From positions 1 through 64,000 of the forward strand of contig JAGVWA010000002.1 of NCBI GenBank assembly GCA_018304505.1: 64,000 nucleotides of DNA. Direction: 5' to 3'. Positions 1-9,682 of the stretch are shown piece after piece (within the stretch, counting starts at the first letter, position 1; the number at the start of each line of letters is the position of its first letter). The notes under the pieces were generated by a model, which was not told the origin of the DNA, searched no databases, and saw only the letters and a program-made list of their open reading frames with translations. Both the position numbers and the translations under genes were made by a program. This stretch comes from Nanobdellati archaeon (GTDB lineage: Archaea > B1Sed10-29 > JAGVWA01).

Positions 1-2
1 CA

Positions 3-1214
3 ATGGGCATCTTCGACATAGCAAAGACCAACGAGGCACTTGTGTGGAACGATGCCAACGTGATAAAGGTCAGAATCACGAGCCAGCTAGGCCACCAGGG
101 CCGCGCATTCTCGCAAATTTCGGAGTTTGCAGACGCGCACATCGAAATCTTTAATGATGAATCCATTACGCTGAAAATCGTGAACAACAGCCGCGACAAT
201 GAGGAGCTGATGAGCTTCACGCTCGGAGGAATCAACAAGCAGAACAACGGCGTGAGTTTCAAAAAGGCAGGTGGCAGCGCAGCCATCATACGCCCGGGTT
301 TCTCGCAGCAGACGAGCGATGGCAGGCTACTGACGTATGATGAAGTGATCCACGTTTTCATCTTCGACAAGACAACGCTGCAGCGTGATGACATAAAGTC
401 ATACAATGTCGACTCTGCCGCAACTCGGGAATTCTGCCGCAATGACAAGGGGCAGATAACAGGCATAAAGATCAACGTCGACTTGAACAGCCTGCCCCTA
501 GAAGAAGAGTTGGTTGACGGGCACTTTGGAGAGATATGTTATGACCTTTTCACAGATTTGGATGGCGAGCAGTCTGGCATACGCGACGGCGAATACCAAG
601 GCAAGGGCTATGACGGGGAGCAGCACGCGTACAAGATCCTTGATGAGGACGGGCCAACTGGTTGCCTGATGATGCTGGACACAGTTACAAATGAGAAAAT
701 CTGCATGCGCACTGAGAAGGATCCAACAACAGGCATGCCGCAGTTCGTTTTCTACGACTCAAGCGGCGACAAGCGCCTTGGTTCCCCATTGTCCCTCCTA
801 AGTTTAGCAGGCCTTGGTGGATCAATGATGTATGATCCAGCTACGGGAAAAATCGATTTGAGGAATGAGATTCCGTTCAACATGAACAACAACTTCCAGG
901 TCTACGGCGCCGGAGGCCTTGGTTTAATGACACCGCAACTTCCGCCATGGGGCGGCAGGGCCGACTTTGCAGCAGGCAGGGCACCGCCATCGGAGTTCGA
1001 TATTTCAAAGGTCCAGAGGCCAGAGGCCCTGATCGCGAGCCTGCCGAGCGTTCCAGAATCGCAGCCATTAATGCTAATGTTCCTTGCAGCCATTGTTTTG
1101 GCTATGGCGTTCATCAGAACCAATTCACAAAAACCACGCGCGGGAACCAAAGGCCCAAGGCGCGTTACAAGGTCCCCTGGAATGAGCGCCAGAAAGCGAA
1201 CGAAAAAACGCTAG
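3..1214 (+). CDS. C-terminal part of a large surface protein with C-terminal membrane anchor (sortase-substrate-like tail)
   Basis: ORF open from the window edge; beta-rich D/G-rich body; ends LPSVPESQP + hydrophobic helix + basic tail (KPR...RKRTKKR). Confidence 0.65.
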   Translation: MGIFDIAKTNEALVWNDANVIKVRITSQLGHQGRAFSQISEFADAHIEIFNDESITLKIVNNSRDNEELMSFTLGGINKQNNGVSFKKAGGSAAIIRPGFSQQTSDGRLLTYDEVIHVFIFDKTTLQRDDIKSYNVDSAATREFCRNDKGQITGIKINVDLNSLPLEEELVDGHFGEICYDLFTDLDGEQSGIRDGEYQGKGYDGEQHAYKILDEDGPTGCLMMLDTVTNEKICMRTEKDPTTGMPQFVFYDSSGDKRLGSPLSLLSLAGLGGSMMYDPATGKIDLRNEIPFNMNNNFQVYGAGGLGLMTPQLPPWGGRADFAAGRAPPSEFDISKVQRPEALIASLPSVPESQPLMLMFLAAIVLAMAFIRTNSQKPRAGTKGPRRVTRSPGMSARKRTKKR

Positions 1215-1227
1215 AGAGCAGAACACT

Positions 1228-1779
1228 TTAGAACGCCAGCTTCAAAATAACTTCAACGCCTTCTTTTAGTGGTGCGCTTGCGCTGACAACCTGGCGCGTG
1301 CCTTCATTAACAGAGTCAATTTTCTCTTGCCTCAAGCCAAGCGGTTCACCGGGCTCCAATCGGGCATAACACACCTGCTGTTCGCGGCCCTGAATTTGGA
1401 AGCAAAGAATGACGCTGCTGCTCGGCGAGGAGTTCTTGAGTTTAGTGAAAACATCCTTTCCCGGGCCATCTGGTGTTCCAGGCCCTGTGTTTTCAAAGTA
1501 GGCTGTCAGGTCAGTGCTGATTTTTGTATTATCGCTTGTAAGTGCAGTGATTTCCGACAGCCTTGTCAAGATGAAGTCTCCATTGGTGTCCTGGCCGTGG
1601 AAGAACGCAACCAGGGCGACATTGGCGTACTGCAAATTGTAGATTGTGATGAGCTGCTCGTTAGTGCTACTCCCGACGAGCCCGGCTGCGAAAATAAGTA
1701 AAGTGGCTGCGCCGCTGGCTATCAGCATGAATATGAGGGCGTCCATCATCGCGGCCTGGCCTTTTGATCGTTCTGCCAT
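1228..1779 (-). CDS. type IV pilin-like protein (class III signal peptide)
   Basis: MAERSKG/QAAMMDALIFMLIAS: K-G cleavage motif then hydrophobic helix; ATG at 1779 overlaps the upstream TGA. Confidence 0.8.
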   Translation of the reverse strand: MAERSKGQAAMMDALIFMLIASGAATLLIFAAGLVGSSTNEQLITIYNLQYANVALVAFFHGQDTNGDFILTRLSEITALTSDNTKISTDLTAYFENTGPGTPDGPGKDVFTKLKNSSPSSSVILCFQIQGREQQVCYARLEPGEPLGLRQEKIDSVNEGTRQVVSASAPLKEGVEVILKLAF

Positions 1780-2210
1780 CACTTCTTCACCCCCACGCAC
1801 ACGTAGAAGATGTCCGGAATCAATGACTGGGGGGTTTCACGCGTCACTAAATACGAGTAAATGTAATTCAAGTCCTGGCCACTGCAATCCGCTTGTGGGC
1901 TGAAATCAGCTGAGGGGAAGCCTGCATCGAAGTTCAGCCCGTAGGTCGCTGCCGGGAACTTCGCGGTTTCCTTCAATGCTCCAAGCTCGTCTTGTATCAC
2001 GAGGCCGTCGCTGACAAACACCTTGGCGATTTCCAGCGAGCCCTTGAAGATGCGAATGCTGTTCACCTTCTGGTTGTACGCGTCGAGGGCAAAGCTGAGC
2101 CCGGAGAAAAACAGCGTGAGGGCCAGCATTATGGCTATTATTGAAGGCAGGTCGTCGCCTATTGGGCCGATGAAGCCGCGTTTATGATTTTGATTTTTGG
2201 TGCGCGTCAT
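1779..2210 (-). CDS. pilin-like protein (class III signal peptide)
   Basis: KRG/FIGPIGDDLPSIIAIMLALTLFFSG; C-terminal Cys pair; operon with other pilins. Confidence 0.75.
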   Translation of the reverse strand: MTRTKNQNHKRGFIGPIGDDLPSIIAIMLALTLFFSGLSFALDAYNQKVNSIRIFKGSLEIAKVFVSDGLVIQDELGALKETAKFPAATYGLNFDAGFPSADFSPQADCSGQDLNYIYSYLVTRETPQSLIPDIFYVCVGVKK

Positions 2211-2216
2211 TTTTCA

Positions 2217-2816
2217 TCACGAGTCCTCGTATCTTGAGAGGTCACAGGTGGGCTCACATGCTGACACACCTTCCCTGCACGCCTGCACGCAGATGCCCTT
2301 TTCGTCGGCCAGGCTTGTCTCCTCGCTTATCTTGATAAACCTGAATTCGCGCGACGGAATGATTACTGTTGATGTTTTTCCGTCATTAAGCATAACACTG
2401 TTGTCTATGATTGACGCTGCGGCGCTCGTGTATCTATTTGGTTCATTTTCATCGGTGTAAGTTCCCCATGCCAACGCAATGCTGATGAAGTTGTCCCCAC
2501 TCTGTGGCCCCTTTGGCTGCACCCTGACGCGCAGCGTGTATGGCCTGTTGCCGGTAGTAATCGATATCCCGGAAACCTCTTCAGGCAGCTTATCTGGAAT
2601 TGGCACGACGACAGTATGACTTAAGGCGTCGATGCTCACCACGCTTTGAATTGAGTCCTGGATTTGTAGAATCAAGGACTGGGCCGAGTCATTTGCAATG
2701 CGTTCATTGAGGAGGTTCATGAAAAACGTCATCGTGGCGAACATCGTGAACAGGAAGACTAGCATGACGATTTTCGAAAAGAGCCACACACTAATGCCGC
2801 GTTTCATTTTAACCAC
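2217..2816 (-). CDS. pilin-like protein (class III signal peptide)
   Basis: KRG/ISVWLFSKIVMLVFLF; four C-terminal Cys; overlaps upstream gene stop. Confidence 0.75.
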   Translation of the reverse strand: MVKMKRGISVWLFSKIVMLVFLFTMFATMTFFMNLLNERIANDSAQSLILQIQDSIQSVVSIDALSHTVVVPIPDKLPEEVSGISITTGNRPYTLRVRVQPKGPQSGDNFISIALAWGTYTDENEPNRYTSAAASIIDNSVMLNDGKTSTVIIPSREFRFIKISEETSLADEKGICVQACREGVSACEPTCDLSRYEDS

Positions 2817-3405
2817 TTATCGTGAGCTCGTTGCTTGATGACTTTGTAATCGATAGGCCGTAGGTGCGTGGCTTCCACGTACACGCGCTTGCAGTAAGGT
2901 CAAGGCGTTCAGCCTGCTCTATTCCGCAGTCCACTTTAGTTCGCGCCCCAACCTCTTCCAGGAGCTGTTTGATTTCAACGTTCCGTGGAATGTTGATGGT
3001 TTCGGAAATCCTGGCCTGGTAATTCACGACTGCCGCCTGGCCCACTGTTGTTCTTGTCGCGACCCGGGCCACCAATATCTGGCAGTTGTCAGTGCCCAAC
3101 TGGGACCTGCACGCTTGCGTCGGCCCGGGGTACAAGCCAACTGCTTCAATGTCGCCGCCGCAGCCCCCCAGTGGCGTGAAATCAACCTGCGTGTTTATCC
3201 GTGTGCCAGTAGCGCCCCGGTAAACCAATTCGATGGCCCGCGCCATTTTCGACATGCTGCCAGACAGCTTTTGCTCGTATTGCGAGGCGCACAGGCTGTT
3301 GTACGTGTTGAAACCGACAATGAGAACAAATGTTAAGACAGTGACTGCTATCAGCAGCTCTACCGGCGCTTCTTCCTGCCCGCGGCTTCCAATCGGGATC
3401 TTCAT
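2809..3405 (-). CDS. type IV pilin-like protein (class III signal peptide)
   Basis: SRG/QEEAPVELLIAVTVLTFVLIVG; Cys-containing globular domain. Confidence 0.8.
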   Translation of the reverse strand: MKIPIGSRGQEEAPVELLIAVTVLTFVLIVGFNTYNSLCASQYEQKLSGSMSKMARAIELVYRGATGTRINTQVDFTPLGGCGGDIEAVGLYPGPTQACRSQLGTDNCQILVARVATRTTVGQAAVVNYQARISETINIPRNVEIKQLLEEVGARTKVDCGIEQAERLDLTASACTWKPRTYGLSITKSSSNELTISG

Positions 3406-3554
3406 TAGACTAATGAAAAGAATCGGGGTTTATTAAAGCTTTGTCGCGTGCGCGGAAGTGTAGTCTTAGAACAGCCCCGTATTTTCACTATCGACCTAAG
3501 ACTACAAAGTGGGGCGGCCAAATAAAACATTAACACCGAGAGAATGTTGCCCCA

Positions 3555-3686
3555 TTAGGGAAAGAGAATCAGGCCTGCCAGGCTCGCGAATTCGGCACCA
3601 CTCTGGAACATGGGCTTGATTATTGAAAATATGAGGATGGCGGCGATCGCCATCAATATCATCATGTATATTGGTGTCCATTCCAT
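3555..3686 (-). CDS. 43-aa membrane/pilin-like micro-protein (absent from the ORF track)
   Basis: Manual translation MEWTPIYMMILMAIAAILIFSIIKPMFQSGAEFASLAGLILFP*; GAGGGA upstream of ATG; co-oriented within the pilin operon. Confidence 0.6.
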   Translation of the reverse strand: MEWTPIYMMILMAIAAILIFSIIKPMFQSGAEFASLAGLILFP

Positions 3687-3719
3687 GTTGTGATTCCCTC
3701 AAATATGCCTTGGCGTGTT

Positions 3720-4190
3720 TTAGCAGGGTAATATTTTGCCTGTACCATCGCCGCCTTGGTAGGGTTCGTCGCCGACGCCGATGTTGCACAGTTCATCACT
3801 CTCGCAGCACACGAAAATGTCCTCGTCGAAGTCAGCGGTGAAGCTTATGCCGCTGCGGGCAGTCCCGCCAGTGACTTGGCACCTAGGGCTTGACCCAGCT
3901 GCTAGCCTTTCGTTGCAGTAGAACTTCACTTCGCCGGTTCCTCCTAGGACGTCGCTGAAGGCGTCTGACCTGATTCGCGTCCCGGCTTTAAAGTTGGCCT
4001 TTTGCTGCGACGCGTAAACAATTCCCGGTAGCTGGTATCCCTTTCCTAGTTGCTGTTTTATCAGGTTTCCGGGGTCGCCGACTTGAGGAGTTATGCCCCC
4101 GAGTATGCCCAAGAGAATTCCGAGGATCGCCACTGCTATGACTGCCGCGATCATCAGTTTGAAGGTATCGAATGCCTGTCCTCTAAACAT
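3720..4190 (-). CDS. type IV pilin (candidate major pilin)
   Basis: MFRG/QAFDTFKLMIAAVIAVAILGILLGIL; GGTGA RBS and TTTATATA box upstream of ATG 4190. Confidence 0.85.
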   Translation of the reverse strand: MFRGQAFDTFKLMIAAVIAVAILGILLGILGGITPQVGDPGNLIKQQLGKGYQLPGIVYASQQKANFKAGTRIRSDAFSDVLGGTGEVKFYCNERLAAGSSPRCQVTGGTARSGISFTADFDEDIFVCCESDELCNIGVGDEPYQGGDGTGKILPC

Positions 4191-4324
4191 TTTCAATTCA
4201 CCTTTGCTTGTTGAGAGATAGAATGAAGCAGGGGTATATAAAGTTAATTCCTTCACAGCAGCTTTTTGGTTTGCGTCATGAGAAGTGTTTACTCAAATGT
4301 TTGTTTTTCAGAAACATTCAATAT

Positions 4325-4352
4325 AATGAACATGTGTTCATTTAAATGAACA
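4325..4352. promoter_or_regulatory. overlapping palindromes, candidate transcription-factor operator
   Basis: AATGAAC-ATGT-GTTCATT overlapping TGTTCATTTAAATGAACA, upstream of the pilin promoter. Confidence 0.45.
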
Positions 4353-4363
4353 ACGGGTTTTGC

Positions 4364-4414
4364 CTGCTTTTTGCCTCTGTGTTACCCATCAGTGCAGTTG
4401 CTGCTACCGAAATA
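4364..4414 (+). repeat. 51-bp direct repeat, copy A (duplicate of the pilin 3' region)
   Basis: 44/51 identical to 4911..4961; minus strand reads YFGSSNCTDG*. Confidence 0.85.
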
Positions 4415-4475
4415 CACTGCGGCTGGGAAAACCAACGAAAGCTTTAAATACATGTGTTATATCAATTGATATAAT

Positions 4476-4757
4476 ATGTCACACGCAACTGCAATGGTTA
4501 CTGAGAACATCTTACGCTATCCCCGTTTGGACACTGTCTTAATGGTTGAAGAATTTGTAAAAGAGCATGATGGCGAATTTAAGAAGCGCAAGCTATGGGA
4601 ATCACTACCAAAGAAAATGATGTATCAGACATTCTGTGTCATTATTGATTACCTCTTTTATTCTGGAAAAATCTCAATAGATAATGAGGGAAAAATAGGT
4701 TGGGCCTATTACCCCGAATTAGCTCGAAAATATTATCAATTGACTGGCCTGCGATGA
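4476..4757 (+). CDS. small winged-helix-like protein, probable antitoxin/regulator
   Basis: AT-rich; YPRLDTVLMVE...KLWESLPKKMMYQTF...GKI pattern; ATGA-coupled to a toxin-like fragment; start may be the Met at 4494. Confidence 0.55.
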   Translation: MSHATAMVTENILRYPRLDTVLMVEEFVKEHDGEFKKRKLWESLPKKMMYQTFCVIIDYLFYSGKISIDNEGKIGWAYYPELARKYYQLTGLR

Positions 4758-4906
4758 ATGCAATGAAACTTCCTTCAACATACCGATTTGCAGACGAAAA
4801 AATAAAAGGGGCGTTCTATAAACTAGAGCGCGGGGATCACATCGTGGTGAGTTTAATTCTGGAATGGTTTGATCATAACGAATACGAAAGGAGGTTCAAA
4901 TATTAG
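4754..4906 (+). pseudogene. internally deleted RelE-like toxin fragment
   Basis: 50 aa that keep an N-terminus (RFADEKIKGAFYKL) and a RelE-like C-terminus (VVSLILEWFDHNEYERRFKY) but lack the central region. Confidence 0.5.
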
Positions 4907-4910
4907 GCCG

Positions 4911-4961
4911 CTGCTTTTTGCTTCTGTGTTACTCAACTTTGCAGTCACTGCTACCGAAATA
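4911..4961 (+). repeat. 51-bp direct repeat, copy B
   Basis: Matches 4364..4414; minus strand reads YFGSSDCKVE*. Confidence 0.85.
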
Positions 4962-4979
4962 TAGGTCGCACTTATTGAA

Positions 4980-5357
4980 TTATTTGCAGAGCGCGCTGAT
5001 CTTCAGTTTAGAATCCCTCAGGATGGTGCACGACGTGCCGGTGCACTTGATTGCGCCGTCCTGCAGCCGCTCTGCCCCTCGGTAGGTAATCGCTATGGGC
5101 GTACTCAAGTTACCCTGGTATCGCTCGCCGTCTGTAAAGATGAGCTCTGTTCGTGAAAAGCACAAGTCGCGTCCCTGGTTTGCGTTAATGACCATGTCGC
5201 GGATGGCTTCGGCGCTCTGGTACGGGAACTCTATTGACTCAACAACGTTGTAAACGATAATCAGCATTGCCGTTGCGAAGACAGCGCCGATGAGGATCTT
5301 GAAGACAGAGAAGGCCTGCCCCCGGTTTCCAATGCCATGATCGATTGAATCTGTCAT
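4980..5357 (-). CDS. type IV pilin-like protein, possibly truncated by an in-frame TAA
   Basis: NRG/QAFSVFKILIGAVFATAMLIIV, paralogous to 3720..4190; frame continues FNKCDLYFGSSDCKVE* to 4929. Confidence 0.8.
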   Translation of the reverse strand: MTDSIDHGIGNRGQAFSVFKILIGAVFATAMLIIVYNVVESIEFPYQSAEAIRDMVINANQGRDLCFSRTELIFTDGERYQGNLSTPIAITYRGAERLQDGAIKCTGTSCTILRDSKLKISALCK

Positions 5358-5361
5358 AGTA

Positions 5362-7416
5362 TCAGATTCCTGTGAGGCCTTTTGCGACCCACGCTGATCC
5401 GAAGAACAAGATGAGGGCCGTGGGCAGACTTGTTGCGATGTTCATTTTCACTGCCAGGTCGTTGTCGCCTTCCTCGATTTTGCTTGTGAAGTACACAAGA
5501 AGGATTGTTACTTCGATGACGTAGAGCGCGATGATCAAAAGAAAGGTCAGGTTGTCTGGAATCAGTTCCAGTGTTGATGTGTCGCCGAGGCCGGCAAAAG
5601 GCAGGCTCGCCCCGCCGCCCAGGCCTGGAATCGAAGCGCTGTCGGCTGCCCCCGACGGCGTTGCTGAGCCCACGCTTCGCAAGGCCCCAATGACGATGTT
5701 CTGCAGTGCGCTAGTTATGCCGAGTACAAGTGGGGCGATCATGAACGCGATGGACTTCATCATACTCGTGATTTCCTCGAGCAGGCTAGCGATTTTTTCC
5801 TTGATCTTCTGCGAGTCACGTAATTGCATGCTCAGGCTTAGCAGGGCCCGCGCGCCCTGTTCCACACCAAGCGCGATTGAGTCAACAACGATCTGCAGCG
5901 ATCCCCTGATGAGGTCGCTGGGCACGTTTTTCAGGCTGCCGTAAACAGGGTCGAAGAAGGCCATGTCTACTGTCATGCCAAGGGTCTGCACGTTCTCGCT
6001 GGTTTTCCTGTACAGGCCGCCTATTTTCGTTTCGCTAAGAAAGTCTGCCGAGTAAGTGAGTGCTTCTTCTATAGGCCGGTTTTCTCCCAAGCGCGAGGCC
6101 AGAATATAAATGGAGTCCTGGAACTCGTTTTCCATCTGTATCAAGTCCAGCTGGGCCTTGCGTTTTCCATAGGCGGTTCCATACAGGTATGTGCTAATTA
6201 CAAGTGAAAAGGCAATGACGCCGCCAGCAATTGTCCAGAACGGGAAGTACGCGGCCAGGGCCTCTTCTTCAAATTCCTCTGGCAGTGGATTAACTAACGG
6301 CTCGACAACGATGACAGAGAGGCCGAAAACAAATGCCCCCAGCAGCAAACCAAGAATGATGGCGGGTATTGAGGTGTTTCCAATCTTTATGTAGCCCCGT
6401 TTTGGCAGGCCGGGGTAGTTGTCTGGAATCTTCGGAGGAATGTAGACCGGCGGGCGTTTATTGAGGATCGTGTTCGCAAACAAAATAGTGCCTAGCGGGA
6501 TAAGGATGTTGTAAAGCAGGATCATGACCCATGTCTGCGCCAGTGGCAGTTGAGCCATTACACTTCCAATAGGAAGCATGATAATGAGCATCAGTGGAAG
6601 CAGTACGCCGACGTAGTACAGGTAAATGCTAGGCTGCCTCATCTGCACGGCGTATTTGTCCATGCTGTCCCTGATGGATTCGAGAATGTCGCGCATGGCC
6701 TTGTCAAGTATTGCGGCGCGCTTTGCATCATCAGCCTCAATAACGCTGCCCCTGATGACCATTAGGCCGTGCTTGAATTCCTCGCTGTATTTGCCCCACG
6801 TGTAAGCCAAGTTGTCGAGCGCCTCTTCAATGCTCGGGTAAGTTCCAATATCGACTGACCATATGGCTTTCTGCAAGTCCTCGGCTATCTTGCCGCGGCC
6901 GTGTTCTGATGCAAACCTGACGGCTCGTTCAAGATTCGGCGTGAGCTTCATGCTCATGATCATGTAATTCACGATCTCTGGAATGAAGGTAATGGCCTTG
7001 ATTTTTTGACTGTTCGCGGCCTTCAAAATGAAGGTCTGGAAATAGAACAGCATGTAGAATGGAATAATGAGTAATGGCATCGCGCCGTAAGCGAACCATG
7101 TGAAGCTCAATTCGCGGGTGATGAACACCATGTAGATGAGGAAACCGAGCACCGGAATGGCTAAGAGTAATGAGATAACAAGGGCGAGCATTGGCGCCGC
7201 GTTGACGTCCTTTGGCTGCACGTCCCAGTCAAGGAATTCCAGGGCGATCTTGTACTCCTCCTTTGTGAATTCGTTCTTGGCCTTGAACATGCCGCTGGCG
7301 CGCTTGGCAAAGCGTGTGTACCAATTGTTTATTGGCTTCCTTGCTGTCGCGCCTTCGAAAAAAGTCGCTGTGGGGCTCCCCGCCCCTGCGCCCACTGTGG
7401 TTTTTTTGTTAGGCAC
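5362..7416 (-). CDS. type IV pilus/T2SS membrane platform protein (TadC/GspF-like, duplicated domain)
   Basis: Multi-TM; TPNLERAVRFA and LGENRPIEEAL cytoplasmic-domain motifs; coupled to the ATPase. Confidence 0.85.
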   Translation of the reverse strand: MPNKKTTVGAGAGSPTATFFEGATARKPINNWYTRFAKRASGMFKAKNEFTKEEYKIALEFLDWDVQPKDVNAAPMLALVISLLLAIPVLGFLIYMVFITRELSFTWFAYGAMPLLIIPFYMLFYFQTFILKAANSQKIKAITFIPEIVNYMIMSMKLTPNLERAVRFASEHGRGKIAEDLQKAIWSVDIGTYPSIEEALDNLAYTWGKYSEEFKHGLMVIRGSVIEADDAKRAAILDKAMRDILESIRDSMDKYAVQMRQPSIYLYYVGVLLPLMLIIMLPIGSVMAQLPLAQTWVMILLYNILIPLGTILFANTILNKRPPVYIPPKIPDNYPGLPKRGYIKIGNTSIPAIILGLLLGAFVFGLSVIVVEPLVNPLPEEFEEEALAAYFPFWTIAGGVIAFSLVISTYLYGTAYGKRKAQLDLIQMENEFQDSIYILASRLGENRPIEEALTYSADFLSETKIGGLYRKTSENVQTLGMTVDMAFFDPVYGSLKNVPSDLIRGSLQIVVDSIALGVEQGARALLSLSMQLRDSQKIKEKIASLLEEITSMMKSIAFMIAPLVLGITSALQNIVIGALRSVGSATPSGAADSASIPGLGGGASLPFAGLGDTSTLELIPDNLTFLLIIALYVIEVTILLVYFTSKIEEGDNDLAVKMNIATSLPTALILFFGSAWVAKGLTGI

Positions 7417-9682
7417 CCGGAGTCCTCCTTGAAAGCAGTTCTGTTACCTGGTTTTCGTCAACCCATTTTTTCCAGTCGCGCACAGCTTCGTCGTAGTCAA
7501 CAGACCCGTGTACCTCTCGTTGTTGTTCCAGCAGCAGTAGCCATTTATCGTTTGCAGGCACTGTGTATGCGCCCTCGAGCAGGTCAGGTATGTCGTGTTC
7601 CCGCTTTTTTTCAACGAGGTAGTTCTTTGTCTCAGCGCGAGCTTGGATGTCCTGCCACAGCTGGTCTACGGTAAGGCCGCGCTTTTTCGCCATGCGTGGA
7701 AACATTTCGGATCTCTCAAGGTTTTTTTCCATTAGTATGTGTTTGTCTGTTGCGGTGTCGAACGTTATGAGATCCACGAGACCGCCTTCCTTTTCAGGGT
7801 CGTCGTACCACTTTTTCCCAATTTCGGTTATTTCAATGAGCCGCCTGTGCCTTCTTAGCGAGCCCCCGAACCGCACTGGCGCACACGTCACTACGATGTC
7901 AGTGGCCTTGAAGCTCGTGTTTTCTACCCCGAGGTCATTAACGATTCTGTCCCACACTGAATAAGCGTTTTCGCCGTGAATGGTGCCCATGACGACATTT
8001 CCAACAGCGCCGACACGCATCGCCTCATAAAGTACCTTTGCTTCTTGCGATCTTACCTCGCCGACAATGAGAACTGAATCCCCGAGACGCAATGCGGTCC
8101 TGAGGGCGTCCTCTGGCGAAACTTCGGCGGCTGTTCGGGACACTGAAATCGCGGACTGCGTTTTTAGTCGTTGTATGTTGTATCCGAGCGAACGCATGTA
8201 CGGGACTGGTATTTCCATCGTGTCTTCCTGCACAATTATCCTGAGGCTGGGGAGGATTTCCAGCATAAGGGCCATCATTAAACTCGACTTACCAGATCCG
8301 CGTGAGCCGTTTACCAAGGTTGATGCTTGGGCGTCAATGAAGAAACTCAACATGCCCGCAGTTAGGGAATCCATCATTTTCACGTCGATAAATTGAGGCA
8401 GGGTCCACGGGGTTTCCTTGTGCAGCCTGAGCGCGAATGCAGTTCCGTCTGGCGAAAGAGGAGGTCCAATGACGGCGACCCTTGTCTGGAGATCAGGCAT
8501 GTCAAAATCAAGAACAGGATGTGCTTCATCAAATGGCCGGCCAGACTGCGACCTGAATCTTGAGATTACTGACTTCGCCTCTGATTCAGTAAAAACCACG
8601 TTGCTCTGGCACGAACCATAGTCGGAGTGCACTATGTACACTGGTTTCAGGCCCAGGGGCGCGTCCATGTAAACATCAGTAAGCCTGCGGTCTGACAGCA
8701 GGAGCTCCATCATGCCATACCCAACAGTGTACCGGGCAACGATTCTCGCGAGTTCTTCAATTTCCTTTCCTGTTATCTTGATGCTGTTTTTCTTTGCCAA
8801 GTCCGCGATTGTGGACTCGTATGCGCTGATGAAGTATTCTTTAACTTCTGTCGGGCTCATAAACCGCAAGCCCTCAGGGTGGAAGCTGGCGACCAGCTCC
8901 TTAGTTTTTGTTAGCAGGAAGTACTTCTCCGGCGACAGGTTGTACTCAGGCGGGTCAACGTAGTACAAGTACTGGATTTTCTCCGGGTGCTTGTAAATGT
9001 TTATCGTGGCGTCTAGAACGTTGTACTGGTCTATAAGTTCGATGTTTTCCGGCGTGGCGAAAAAGACGCGGGATGAAATGAAACTCGGCTTTATCTGGGT
9101 CTCGAAGATGCTCCTGTAGATGTCCCTGCCCGGCGGCAGCTTGCCGAGTTTTTTCAGAATGAACTTGAACTTCTGAATCAGTTTTGTGGTCTCGAATTCC
9201 TGCAGCATGAAATTCAGCGTATTGAGATAAACGTCGCTGCAGTACTTGAACTCTGAGGCCATTGTTGCGGCCTGCGATTTTTCCTGCCGTATCACGTTTA
9301 TCAGGTTCATGTAGGCCTGTATCGGGTCCTGGAGCAATTGTGTCCTGCCGATAGTGGAAATGGTGTTGTACCGCTGTTGGAGAAACTGTTGGCACTCGGC
9401 CTTGTCCCCCCCGAGGGCGGAGTAGGTCCACACGCCTTCCTTTTCAAATGTTTGCGACAGGTCACTGATTTGTTTGAGCATTTCTGCCTGCTCTTCATCG
9501 TAAACGCGCTCATACACGTCTGCAAGGACAATGAGGTCGGCATCAGTTCTTTTGAGTACCTCGATGACCTCTGCCATGGTTTCAGGCACATCGGCAATGC
9601 TTGGGGTAAATGGGCTCCCGCGATAGTCAAAGAATAAATACCTCTTTCCCCCTTCACTCTTAATAGTGTATTTATGCGCCAT
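7409..9682 (-). CDS. type II/IV secretion (VirB11/TadA-like) pilus assembly ATPase
   Basis: Walker A GSRGSGKSS, Asp box QEDTMEI, LRLGDSVLIVGEVR (Walker B), GTIHG; start 9682 or 9703. Confidence 0.92.
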   Translation of the reverse strand: MAHKYTIKSEGGKRYLFFDYRGSPFTPSIADVPETMAEVIEVLKRTDADLIVLADVYERVYDEEQAEMLKQISDLSQTFEKEGVWTYSALGGDKAECQQFLQQRYNTISTIGRTQLLQDPIQAYMNLINVIRQEKSQAATMASEFKYCSDVYLNTLNFMLQEFETTKLIQKFKFILKKLGKLPPGRDIYRSIFETQIKPSFISSRVFFATPENIELIDQYNVLDATINIYKHPEKIQYLYYVDPPEYNLSPEKYFLLTKTKELVASFHPEGLRFMSPTEVKEYFISAYESTIADLAKKNSIKITGKEIEELARIVARYTVGYGMMELLLSDRRLTDVYMDAPLGLKPVYIVHSDYGSCQSNVVFTESEAKSVISRFRSQSGRPFDEAHPVLDFDMPDLQTRVAVIGPPLSPDGTAFALRLHKETPWTLPQFIDVKMMDSLTAGMLSFFIDAQASTLVNGSRGSGKSSLMMALMLEILPSLRIIVQEDTMEIPVPYMRSLGYNIQRLKTQSAISVSRTAAEVSPEDALRTALRLGDSVLIVGEVRSQEAKVLYEAMRVGAVGNVVMGTIHGENAYSVWDRIVNDLGVENTSFKATDIVVTCAPVRFGGSLRRHRRLIEITEIGKKWYDDPEKEGGLVDLITFDTATDKHILMEKNLERSEMFPRMAKKRGLTVDQLWQDIQARAETKNYLVEKKREHDIPDLLEGAYTVPANDKWLLLLEQQREVHGSVDYDEAVRDWKKWVDENQVTELLSRRTPGA

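Noticed and set aside
3502-3789. 95-aa minus ORF from the track
   Set aside because: Overlaps the pilin end and looks like an off-frame reading; the 43-aa hydrophobic ORF in another frame has an RBS and fits the operon
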